58,825 nucleotides of DNA, taken from NCBI GenBank assembly GCA_041746715.1, contig JBGTGN010000151.1, positions 1 through 58,825 of the forward strand. Direction: 5' to 3'. The notes below the pieces were generated by a model, which saw only the letters and a list, made by a program, of their open reading frames with translations, made no database searches and was not told where the DNA came from. The translations under genes were made by a program, and so were the position numbers. Positions 11,885-20,868 of this stretch are shown here, piece after piece (position 1 is the first letter of the stretch; every line of letters starts with the position of its first letter). Origin of the DNA: Pirellulales bacterium. Its GTDB lineage: Bacteria > Planctomycetota > Planctomycetia > Pirellulales > UBA1268.

Positions 11885-12619
11885 TCAGCCGGATTCGGCA
11901 AGGCGGCTTTCGAGATCAGTCACCGTGGCCTGGAGCGTGGCGACCTCTGCTTCCAGCTCGGCGATCCGTTCTCGGAGGCGAGCTCCTTCGGCAGCGTCGG
12001 CTGGCTCTGATTGTGCGGCGGATCTCGGCATGGAAGCAGCGCCCTGGGAAGCCGTGCCGAGTTCCCGGCGAACCTTCTCAAGTTTTTCCTCTGGCAGCAG
12101 GCCGTGCGTGAGCATGCGGCCGCGGCCCGGTGGGGAGAGCCAGACAATGAGGCCGCGGTCGGCGAGCTTGTCGAGATGACTCCGGAGGGTCGTGAGGTCG
12201 GGGATGTCGTCCATGCGGCTGGCGCGGCCGCGGAGGTCGCCTTCCGTTTGCTCACCACGAAGGAGCAACTCACCGAGGATCGCCAGTTCCTCTTTTCCGG
12301 CCTTGAGCCACTCATAGGCGAGATGGCGGTAGCGCGGAATCTTGCCGTTGCCAAACACCTCGGCCGCGGCGCCAAGTTCTTGCAGGCTTCGCACGGCCCG
12401 CATCACCTGCTCCTCATCGAGCGTCATGACCGGTGCGCGGTTGCTCTTCTGGTTACAGCCGGTCACGAGGCCGTTGAGCGAGAGTGGGTATTGGTCGGGC
12501 GTCGTCTTCCCCTTCTCGATGAGCACGCCGAGAACGCGTCGTTCGGTCGCATCGAGCGGACGGACCGCTTTGCCGGCGGTGGGTTCGCTCGCCGTGTCAT
12601 TGTCGGTGGTTTCATTCAT
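11885..12619 (-). CDS. DUF480 / YceH family protein
   Basis: ERRVLGVLIEKGKTTPDQYPLSLNGLVTGCNQKSNRAPVM, LLLRGEQT, C-terminal coiled coil. Confidence 0.93.
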   Translation of the reverse strand: MNETTDNDTASEPTAGKAVRPLDATERRVLGVLIEKGKTTPDQYPLSLNGLVTGCNQKSNRAPVMTLDEEQVMRAVRSLQELGAAAEVFGNGKIPRYRHLAYEWLKAGKEELAILGELLLRGEQTEGDLRGRASRMDDIPDLTTLRSHLDKLADRGLIVWLSPPGRGRMLTHGLLPEEKLEKVRRELGTASQGAASMPRSAAQSEPADAAEGARLRERIAELEAEVATLQATVTDLESRLAESG

Positions 12620-12772
12620 GCCGACAGGATGACGCCATTGCCGGCGTGGCGTCAAGCCAGACGGAAGGACAGCGCACCCCGCCTGCACCGAGAAGGGTGC
12701 GCGATTCTTACCCGCCCGGAAAGTCAATAGACTATGACGAGCGTTTGGAATGGCTGGCCATGGAACGATCGA

Positions 12773-13444
12773 ATGGGGCAGACCACGTTTCTCAGATCGC
12801 TCGTCGAGCATGCCAGTGTCCGTGTCGCCACCGCGACATCCTCCTCGGAAGCCGACGACTTCGACTGTGATGGAGCCATCGAAGAGTGGGCGATGGCAAA
12901 CCAGCCGGAGTTTCCCGGCACACCGCCACCCTTGTCGTTGGAGGTGGCCCGGTGGGCATTGAGGTCGTTCTATCACGCCTGCCAGTATCTCGTATGCCGC
13001 GATGTCGATGCTGAAACGATCACGACGGCACTCGGCACACCCTGCCCGCCTGCCCCGGCCGCTTCGCGGCACTATTCGACCGACCTCATCTTCCGGCTGC
13101 TTCCGGATCTCTCTCGCATGGCGAAATCAGTCTCCGAGAACGATCCGTTGTGCGACCACCTGCGGCAGTGGGCTCGTGAGTGGCCCTTGTCATCAGTCGG
13201 TATCGCAAACGTGGCACCGATCGATGTGTCGGTTATCTGTGACCACGCGGGCCTGCTCCGACTCTATGTCGATCGAATTATTCTTCGTGGCGATGTCTCG
13301 CGATTGAATGACCCCCGCGTGCGGGTCGCAGTGCGTGCCGGTATCGGCGTGTTTGACCACCTTGCTCCCTCGATCGCCGCGGCGTTGCAAGATAGCGATC
13401 CCGCGACCATCCCGATGGCGGCGTCGGCCATCTCGCCGGAATGA
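12773..13444 (+). CDS. MoxR-vWA-beta-propeller ternary system component (bpX4-like)
   Basis: HYSTDLIFRLLPDL...DPL...WAREWPLSSVG...LLRLYVDRII matches my recollection of bpX4. First gene before the MoxR ATPase; alternative start 12734. Confidence 0.75.
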   Translation: MGQTTFLRSLVEHASVRVATATSSSEADDFDCDGAIEEWAMANQPEFPGTPPPLSLEVARWALRSFYHACQYLVCRDVDAETITTALGTPCPPAPAASRHYSTDLIFRLLPDLSRMAKSVSENDPLCDHLRQWAREWPLSSVGIANVAPIDVSVICDHAGLLRLYVDRIILRGDVSRLNDPRVRVAVRAGIGVFDHLAPSIAAALQDSDPATIPMAASAISPE

Positions 13445-13466
13445 CATGAAGGAAGGAGAACTCATC

Positions 13467-14630
13467 ATGCAAGACTCATTCGACGAAGGTCTCGCTCTGG
13501 GACGGAGGCTCGTTGCAGAAGTGCTCACGCCACTCAAACAGGCTTTCGTCGACAAGGATGAAGTGATCGATTTGCTTGGCGTCTGCTTGGCCGGAGGCGA
13601 GAACCTGTTCATCCTGGGCCCTCCCGGCACGGCCAAAAGCGCCCTCGTGCAAGCGATGGCTCGACGCATTGAAGGGCGGGTCTTCGACTACCTCCTCACC
13701 CGCTTCACCGAGCCAAACGAACTTTTTGGGCCGTTTGATATCCGGAAGCTTCGTGAGGGTGACCTCGTCACAAACACCGAGGGAATGCTGCCCGAAGCGT
13801 CGCTTGTGTTTCTCGACGAGTTGCTCAATGCCAATAGCGCGATTCTCAACAGCCTCTTGATGGTGCTCAATGAACGGGTCTTTCGGCGCGGCCGAGAGAC
13901 GCGGCGATTGCCGCTTCTGATGGTCGTCGGCGCGAGCAATCGCCTGCCCGAAGATGACGCCCTCAACGCATTGTTCGATCGCTTTCTGCTGCGCGTGCGA
14001 TGTGACAATGTGGGCCACGACCGATTGGCAGAGGTCCTCGAAGCTGGCCTGAAGCTCGAGTTGGACGGCCATTCAAGACACCCGTCCCTGTCCGTCGATG
14101 AGCTTCGTCGCCTGCAAGGCCATCTCGTCGCGATTGATGTCACCGACGTGCGGTCGCAGTACGTTGAGGTCATCCACGGGCTGCGGAAGGCTGGTATCGC
14201 GGTCTCTGATCGGCGAGCCGTGAAGCTGCAGCGGTTGGTCGCGGCCAGCGCCCTCATCTGCGGACGTCGTCGTGCGGATGCCACCGACCTGTGGGTCCTC
14301 CGGTACATCTGGGACACCGACGAGCAGCGAGAGATCATCGCGGCCATCGTGCAGCCCGCCGTCGAGGCAGGAGGCTCCGTCTTGCAAGCTGGCAGCCATC
14401 CTCGTGCCCACGGTGCCGGAGCGCCCGATGCCGAGGCCATGGCTCGCGATCTCGATCGCCTCGAAGCGCAATGGTCGGGCACCGATCGTAGCGCGGCACA
14501 CACCGCGATCCTTCGAGACCAGCTCAGTTTGTTGGCGAGCCGGTGCCAATGGTTGCCCGACGCGCAGCAGCGAACATTTCTGGAGGGAAGAGTGAGTGAG
14601 CTCTGGCATCAATGGGGGACGGCGTCGTGA
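13467..14630 (+). CDS. MoxR/RavA-like AAA+ ATPase
   Basis: Walker A GPPGTAKS, LLTRFTEPNELFGP, Walker B VFLDE, ILNSLLMVLNER, ALFDRF, SDRR. AAGGAG SD before ATG 13467. Confidence 0.93.
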   Translation: MQDSFDEGLALGRRLVAEVLTPLKQAFVDKDEVIDLLGVCLAGGENLFILGPPGTAKSALVQAMARRIEGRVFDYLLTRFTEPNELFGPFDIRKLREGDLVTNTEGMLPEASLVFLDELLNANSAILNSLLMVLNERVFRRGRETRRLPLLMVVGASNRLPEDDALNALFDRFLLRVRCDNVGHDRLAEVLEAGLKLELDGHSRHPSLSVDELRRLQGHLVAIDVTDVRSQYVEVIHGLRKAGIAVSDRRAVKLQRLVAASALICGRRRADATDLWVLRYIWDTDEQREIIAAIVQPAVEAGGSVLQAGSHPRAHGAGAPDAEAMARDLDRLEAQWSGTDRSAAHTAILRDQLSLLASRCQWLPDAQQRTFLEGRVSELWHQWGTAS

Positions 14631-15364
14631 GGCCTCGCTTTGCGTGGACGTTGCCGTCGCAAAACGTCTATTCGCTCGGCATGCTGCTGCACTGGGGTGG
14701 TATTGAAGCCCTTGCCATGCCGCCGTCGGTATGGCTTTGCGCCGCGGACGTGCCCGACGAGCAATGGGAGTGGATTCGTCGTCTTCCAGGCGCCGATCGA
14801 TTCGCAGTTCTCGATGACGGGCAACTGATACCCGCCGAGAGCCGCGTGCCCCGTGGTCATCTCCCCTCGGGCAACTGGCGGCCGCTCGCGGAGCTCGTCG
14901 GCATCGAGCTGCCGCCACATGCCGAACTGGCACAGCCACGAGCGACACAGCCGGTGCGGCTCGTGCGCTCCGCGATCGAACGAGAGCCAACATGGTTGCA
15001 AACATCCCTCGCGATCTGGACGGCGTATGCGGTGACAGCACCGCAGATTCGCTTGTCGAAGTGGACTTTCGTCGCGAGCGAATCTGGCAGGGTGATCATT
15101 CGAGGCCTGCCGCTGCCGCCATTGCCGGGTATCCACTTCGTCGACCAGGGTGGGATCGCCGTGCCGGCCGGATGGACCTGGGAGCCCCATCTCCCGACCG
15201 ACGTGCTCCGTGAGACATTCGCCCTTGCGCCGAATGACAGCGTGGCATGGACTGCCGACAATGGGTGTGAACGTATTGCCGAAGACGATTGGGTTCAGGC
15301 GACACGTTCGGCTGTTCGTCACACCGCCTCTGCCAGTTCGCCTCCCGGGAGCGTCTCTCGATGA
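14627..15364 (+). CDS. MoxR-vWA-beta-propeller ternary system component (bpX2-like)
   Basis: GTGA overlap with MoxR. APQIRLSKWTF...RGLPLPPLPG...GIAVPAGWTWEP resembles bpX2. Confidence 0.7.
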   Translation: MRPRFAWTLPSQNVYSLGMLLHWGGIEALAMPPSVWLCAADVPDEQWEWIRRLPGADRFAVLDDGQLIPAESRVPRGHLPSGNWRPLAELVGIELPPHAELAQPRATQPVRLVRSAIEREPTWLQTSLAIWTAYAVTAPQIRLSKWTFVASESGRVIIRGLPLPPLPGIHFVDQGGIAVPAGWTWEPHLPTDVLRETFALAPNDSVAWTADNGCERIAEDDWVQATRSAVRHTASASSPPGSVSR

Positions 15365-18066
15365 CCACCGTCGAGTCGTATTTGGCAGCGCCGAGTCAGT
15401 CCTTCTGGCGATGGGAAGACAACGGCAACGTCGTGACCTGGTCAGACGGTCAGACGATCGCCTTTCGGCAGGAGATCGCGACTGTCTATCGACGACTCCG
15501 AACCCAGGAGCTTCCTCCCTTCGGGGCCGTGGTCTTGCTGCTGGCTGCGTGTCGCGACTCGTGGAGTGACTCACCGAGTCGGGTGGGCCTCCTGAGTGGG
15601 ATGCTTGTCTCCCGCAGACGATCGAAATGGTTGCCATTGCTCACGGATGTCTGCAACCAGCTCGAAAAGGTTCGAGGTCTGGATGCGAAACTCCGGACCG
15701 CGGCCGATTCAAAGGCCGAGCTCGCCGCGATGGTCTTCGAAGGCCAGGGAGGATCAACCGACATCAACCTGTGGGACCAAGTTCTCCACGAACTGGACCA
15801 TGGTCTGTCGGAGTCTACGTGTCGAGCGGCACGTCCGCCGGATGGCGTCAGTCGATCGCTTCGTGATCTCCGATGGCTCAAGCGTGGACTGCATCGCGTC
15901 GATGGCGCATCCTGCGAAAATCGATTGAGAACAGGTCTCGACCAACCGTCCCTGGTGCCGGTCGATGTGGAGATTCCTCGAGTCGGTGACGCACGCCAGC
16001 TCCTGGTTGACCTGAAAGACGACCTCGAGCTCGGGGGCGTTGCAAGGCTGGCAACGATGCTCTTGGCTGCGGTCCACCTGCCGACGCCGATCAGCATGCC
16101 CGCCGTGCTGCCAACTGGGGGAGTGTCTGATATCAGCAATCGCGGAACCGTTGACCGGCTTTTGCTCAGCGAGCTGGCCAACGATGGGCTGACGCTGGCG
16201 GTTCGCGTGGCCATGCATGAGGCCTTGTATTTGCGTCGCGAAATGCCGCCGCGGCCACCGGCCCGACGTCGATTGGTGCTCCTTGATTCAGGACTGCGGA
16301 TGTGGGGTGTGCCGCGGATTTTCGCGACGGCTGTGGGCCTGGCGTTCGCCGCAGGCCGCACGAGCGGGAATGACGTCGTGGTCTTTCGTGGGGATGGCGA
16401 CAATATCCATGGCGTAGACCTGACCAGTGCCGCGGGGCTGGCTGATCATCTCGCTGTGCTGTGTCATCGCCCGCACCCAGGCGACTCTCTGGCCGCCCTG
16501 GCGGCCGAGGCCGAGAAAGCCGGTGGCACCACCGATGTTGTCATCGTGACGGGCTGCGACGTCTTCTCAGACCCTGCTTTCCAGAGGCTTCTGGCTGCCT
16601 CGCCGCTGCCAGAGATGCATGTCGCCCTGGTCGATCGCGAGGGTGGCTTTCAACTCCTCCTGCGATCGCGTCGCGGCCAGAAAATGCTCCGTACGGCGAG
16701 CTTCGCGATTGACGACATCCTGTCGGCTTCCCGAGCACCGTCGCCACCTCTCATTGATTCCAGTAGTCGCGAGATGCCCGCGGTTTTCCGGGAGAATCCT
16801 TTTCCCTTGCGGCTGAGTTATGCGATCGATGCCGAGCGTTCATGGCATGTGACAGCGGTGGGAGCGTTCACGTTCTGCCGCGACGGCCGTTTGCTGCATT
16901 GGACGGAGCCAGGCCGTGGCGGGGTGCAATATGCGGAAGGGCTCCCCGAAGGCAACCTCCACTGGGCTGCAACGCGTCTGGACGAAAACGGAACGCTTGC
17001 GATTGTCGGCACCCAGCGCCGCCATGGATTGCATCTCGTCATGCTCGACACAAACCGTGCCGAGTGCCGGCCCGTGCCGCTCGAAATCACCTTCGACAAC
17101 CCGCAGTACGCATTCGTCCATGACGGTGTTGCCTTTGTTGGCAACGCCACGACGCTGCAGGCCTGCCATCGCCAGACTGGCGAGTTCCTCGCGGCTCATT
17201 CGTTCGCAAACTCCATCACCGCGGCTCGGCAGGTGCATTCGCGGTTCTTTGCGTTTCCCCACAAGGCGAGTGGCATGACGCATTGGAAAGCCGCTTTCTT
17301 CGATGGTGCCCAGATTGCCTTCCACGAGTTCTATCAGGAGGCGACGGCCGCAGGGCGTGTGGTCTCGGTTTTTGAATCGGAAGCATACGAGGGGCCCGTG
17401 GCCGTGCTTCGTTCCGGAACGCTGGTCACGTGTGGCACCGGCCATCGTCGCGAGACCACGTTCGGCGGGCTTCCACCCTCGGGAATCAGCGTGGAAGCCG
17501 TCTCGCGAAACGGCACGCGGCTTCTCATTCGAAGTGAGGGGTCGCCGCAGCGAAAAGTGGTCGATGTGGTGAAAGGAGCGTGGACTTTCCAGCCGTTGGA
17601 AGCAGAGGCTTTCGCGCTGATGAAGCATGTCACCCTGCGGCATCGGTTTTCCGCGATCGGTGTTGATGGCGACGGGAGGCTCACCCTCGTCGGCCGCCGA
17701 GACTCCCTCTGGCCGGTCATGGCTGAGACGTCATTTGGGCTGCCGTCGGCGGCGTCACACCGGCCTCTGCGACTCCGTCAGTCCTTCGAGCCTCTCGGCG
17801 AAGCACAGGCCACACGCTATGCCCTCTCCGTCGCTCGATTCGCAGACGGCAGCCGCGTTACGCTTGATGCGCGCGGTCTCTTGCACCTTCGCAGTTCGGA
17901 TGAAGCCCTCCCGGAGTTGACGCTCGTACTCGTGGAGGGGCACGGGGGCGGCTGGATATCGACGAGTGGAGTGTGGGGGCGACCTTTCTTTCACGATCGC
18001 GATGCTGGAGACCTCGCCGCAGCCCCGACCGAGATCATGCAGGCCTTCGTGAAGCACCTTGAATGA
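15361..18066 (+). CDS. bpX0/bpX1-like N-terminus, vWA-like domain and beta-propeller protein
   Basis: SFWRWED..VVTWSDGQTIAFR; LPPFGAVVLLLAAC; GGVSDISNRG..DRLLLSELA..EALY (pre-vWA motif of MoxR partners); LVLLDSGLRMWG (MIDAS-like); beta-strand-rich C-terminal half. ATGA overlap. Confidence 0.75.
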   Translation: MTTVESYLAAPSQSFWRWEDNGNVVTWSDGQTIAFRQEIATVYRRLRTQELPPFGAVVLLLAACRDSWSDSPSRVGLLSGMLVSRRRSKWLPLLTDVCNQLEKVRGLDAKLRTAADSKAELAAMVFEGQGGSTDINLWDQVLHELDHGLSESTCRAARPPDGVSRSLRDLRWLKRGLHRVDGASCENRLRTGLDQPSLVPVDVEIPRVGDARQLLVDLKDDLELGGVARLATMLLAAVHLPTPISMPAVLPTGGVSDISNRGTVDRLLLSELANDGLTLAVRVAMHEALYLRREMPPRPPARRRLVLLDSGLRMWGVPRIFATAVGLAFAAGRTSGNDVVVFRGDGDNIHGVDLTSAAGLADHLAVLCHRPHPGDSLAALAAEAEKAGGTTDVVIVTGCDVFSDPAFQRLLAASPLPEMHVALVDREGGFQLLLRSRRGQKMLRTASFAIDDILSASRAPSPPLIDSSSREMPAVFRENPFPLRLSYAIDAERSWHVTAVGAFTFCRDGRLLHWTEPGRGGVQYAEGLPEGNLHWAATRLDENGTLAIVGTQRRHGLHLVMLDTNRAECRPVPLEITFDNPQYAFVHDGVAFVGNATTLQACHRQTGEFLAAHSFANSITAARQVHSRFFAFPHKASGMTHWKAAFFDGAQIAFHEFYQEATAAGRVVSVFESEAYEGPVAVLRSGTLVTCGTGHRRETTFGGLPPSGISVEAVSRNGTRLLIRSEGSPQRKVVDVVKGAWTFQPLEAEAFALMKHVTLRHRFSAIGVDGDGRLTLVGRRDSLWPVMAETSFGLPSAASHRPLRLRQSFEPLGEAQATRYALSVARFADGSRVTLDARGLLHLRSSDEALPELTLVLVEGHGGGWISTSGVWGRPFFHDRDAGDLAAAPTEIMQAFVKHLE

Positions 18067-20846
18067 ATGTCACCCTGCGGCTGAGATGTGATGGAACCCG
18101 CCGTCGAACACCGACAGCCTGGTTTATCGTCGGACGATCCCCTGATCACTGGCTCGCCGAGCTTGCACGCTGGGCGGTTCCGCTCGCCGATGCAAGCGTC
18201 TTTCCGCTGCCGACCTCGATGATCGACCGCACGCCGTGTGGTCTCTTGGTCGTCGGCGCAGGCCCGAGCGACGGCCAGCCAACACCGGCCTCAATTCCGT
18301 ATGCGGTTGTCGCCAAGGAATTGTATGTGCCTGTTGACGCTCGCTTCGAGCCAGATCTTCGCGACCACGAGATTTCACCGCTTCTCGAGGGAGCGTGTGT
18401 GTGGCTTCCGCACGTCGGGCTGGTGGCACTTTCTTCCGCGAGCCGCGTGACGGACCTCATTGCACTGCCAACGATCGTTGCCCATCGGTGGACACTCGCC
18501 GTTCCAGGCACGGCCGTGAACGCCAAGCTCGTATCCGTGCAACTCGACGACATCCCATCGGCCGAGCAGGTCCTCGCCGCAGCCCGTGACGACATCGCGT
18601 CGCAGCCCCTCACGCTCGATACTCTCCCGCCTGTCATGGGCGAGCCGCGGCCCGGCGTTACGGGACATCTCGGCCGTTCGCTCGACAGAGGCCTCGCGAT
18701 GTTTGTTCTGTGGCTTGCGAGGAACGCACCGGCCGTCGCCTCCGAGCCGACATGGCTCAACCGCCTGGAAGACTGGGCCACTCACCGGCTGCGGCAGCTC
18801 GCTGGCTCAATCGACATTGCCCGAAATCGCGAGCTGCATCGGCTGATCGATCTGCTCCACAATGACCCCGATGAGGGCTTGCGATTCGCAATTCCGATGG
18901 GAGCCGGCGACCATCGCGGAATGGCTCCACCATCGACGATCCTCCCCAGGCGGGACATCGATTTCAGCCTCGGTGGACTGCGTCAAGGCGGGTCCGCCGA
19001 CTTCTGGGGCCTGCCGACCGACTTCCAAAGCCGGCTGATCGAGCGGTATCGAACACTGGCGGCCCGAGAGATCGGCCTCGGCCGGCATCGCCGCGCCGCC
19101 TACATTTTTTCCACGCTTTTGAATGATGTGCAATCAGCCGCACAGGCTTTGGAGGACGGCGGTCACTTTCGCGAGGCCGCGGTGCTTTACGAGGAGAGAC
19201 TCGCCCGACTCGACCTTGCGGCACATTGTTTTCGGAAGGGACGTTGTTGGCCCGAGGCGATCGCACTGTATGAGCGGCTCCACGACCACGAGACGCTCGG
19301 TGAGTTGTATGCCGAGCTCGAACGCCCCGAAGAAGCAGTCCTCGAATGGCGTCGTGCGATCGATCAGCATCTCAAGGCTGACGATGTGCAGCATGCGGCC
19401 CGCTTGCTCGAGCAGAAGCTCGGCTGTATCGACGAGGCATTCGAGCATTTGGTTGCCGCATGGCCCGGATCAAAACAGGCCCAGACGTGCCTGACGGCGG
19501 CCTTCACGTTGGCATCGCTCCACCAGCGTCACACCGCGGCGCATCGCCTTGTTGCCCTCTCGGCGGAACGTGTTCGCGATCCCCGTGATGCGGTGGCATT
19601 GATCGACGTGCTTGTCGTCCAAGCGTGTACCTATCCTTCGCCCGAGGTTCAGAGTCGGGCAGCCGATCAGACCCGTCTTCTCGTGGCCGAACGACTCGCC
19701 ACGAACCTGAGCGAGGATGAAACGCGACGCCTCATGCTTGCCGTGCGCCGATTGGTCCCCGAGGATCGCCTGCTGGCCCGCGATGGCCATCGCTATCTCG
19801 CGAAGCGACGTCTCGTTTCGGCGACGGCTTCCCCGCGAAAACCGAGTTCTCGGCCTTTGTCGGTCGGGCCTGCATCGCCGATTGTGGAGATTCAACTGCC
19901 TTCGCTGGAATGGCACACTGCTGTCACCAGCGGTGAGGCTCTATTTGCCGCAGGCTACCGGGATCGTGAGTGCGTCGTCGTTCGGACGGATTGGCATGGC
20001 GCGACGCCAGATGAGCCAATCGGACTGAAATGGAACGCGGCTTCCCATGCCGGTCGTCCCGTCGTCTTGGCGGCCGATCCGCTCGCACCGGGCGGTGTGA
20101 TCGTTCACAGTCTCCACGGCCAACCCCTGCCGCATCCACGCACATTCGGGGCAACCGACCACTTTCCCAGTTCCGTGGTGGTTGGCTCCCACCGCGGCCT
20201 TTGCGATGAGACCGTGGGCATTGCGTGTGGCGACGGCGGCACGTCCTATGTTGTGAACTATCAGAACAGTGGTGATGGGCCGGTGCTGGTTGCCAACGCG
20301 TACCTTGGGAAAGACTGTCGGTTTCTGAACGTCGCGACGCTCCGCCTGGCCGATCTTCCGGTCGATGTTGGCGATCTCACGTTGCCGCTCCCCATGGCTG
20401 CTCAGGAGGGGAGGCTTGTCCTCGGGATCGGATGCAATCTGTGCGTTGTGCGGCACGGGGCTTCACCGCGATTCCAAGAAACACCACACGCCATCGAGCA
20501 GATGGTCGTGTCGGCACCCCATACCAGGCCGCGACTGGTCGTGGCGATGGCCCAAGGAGGGTTCATGATGTGGGGGAGTGGTGAATGCGATCCGCAGGCG
20601 TCTTTTGCCTCGGAGATGGCCTCGCCTCGCGTCGCCCTTTCACGAGACGGCACGCTCATCGCGGTGAGTGAGAACGAGGTCGAGTTCTCTGCGACGAGCG
20701 AGGGCACGCTTCGTCTCCAGACCCGCTGGCACGCGTTTGGCATCAAACCGTTGGCCGTGCTGGCGCCGCGACACATCAATCGCTTCGCCGTTCTTTCGGC
20801 TGATGGCCGCCTTGTCATCTATGACGTCCCGCCATCATGCCGGTAG
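18063..20846 (+). CDS. bpX3-like N-terminus, TPR-like repeats and beta-rich C-terminal protein
   Basis: ELHRLIDLLHNDPDEGLRFAIP, LGRHRRAAYIF, FREAAVLYEERL, EAIALYERL (TPR-like). C-terminus is propeller-like (FAVLSADGRLVIYD). ATGA overlap. Confidence 0.75.
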   Translation: MNVTLRLRCDGTRRRTPTAWFIVGRSPDHWLAELARWAVPLADASVFPLPTSMIDRTPCGLLVVGAGPSDGQPTPASIPYAVVAKELYVPVDARFEPDLRDHEISPLLEGACVWLPHVGLVALSSASRVTDLIALPTIVAHRWTLAVPGTAVNAKLVSVQLDDIPSAEQVLAAARDDIASQPLTLDTLPPVMGEPRPGVTGHLGRSLDRGLAMFVLWLARNAPAVASEPTWLNRLEDWATHRLRQLAGSIDIARNRELHRLIDLLHNDPDEGLRFAIPMGAGDHRGMAPPSTILPRRDIDFSLGGLRQGGSADFWGLPTDFQSRLIERYRTLAAREIGLGRHRRAAYIFSTLLNDVQSAAQALEDGGHFREAAVLYEERLARLDLAAHCFRKGRCWPEAIALYERLHDHETLGELYAELERPEEAVLEWRRAIDQHLKADDVQHAARLLEQKLGCIDEAFEHLVAAWPGSKQAQTCLTAAFTLASLHQRHTAAHRLVALSAERVRDPRDAVALIDVLVVQACTYPSPEVQSRAADQTRLLVAERLATNLSEDETRRLMLAVRRLVPEDRLLARDGHRYLAKRRLVSATASPRKPSSRPLSVGPASPIVEIQLPSLEWHTAVTSGEALFAAGYRDRECVVVRTDWHGATPDEPIGLKWNAASHAGRPVVLAADPLAPGGVIVHSLHGQPLPHPRTFGATDHFPSSVVVGSHRGLCDETVGIACGDGGTSYVVNYQNSGDGPVLVANAYLGKDCRFLNVATLRLADLPVDVGDLTLPLPMAAQEGRLVLGIGCNLCVVRHGASPRFQETPHAIEQMVVSAPHTRPRLVVAMAQGGFMMWGSGECDPQASFASEMASPRVALSRDGTLIAVSENEVEFSATSEGTLRLQTRWHAFGIKPLAVLAPRHINRFAVLSADGRLVIYDVPPSCR

Positions 20847-20868
20847 CACGCCGTGGCATGAATCGCGA

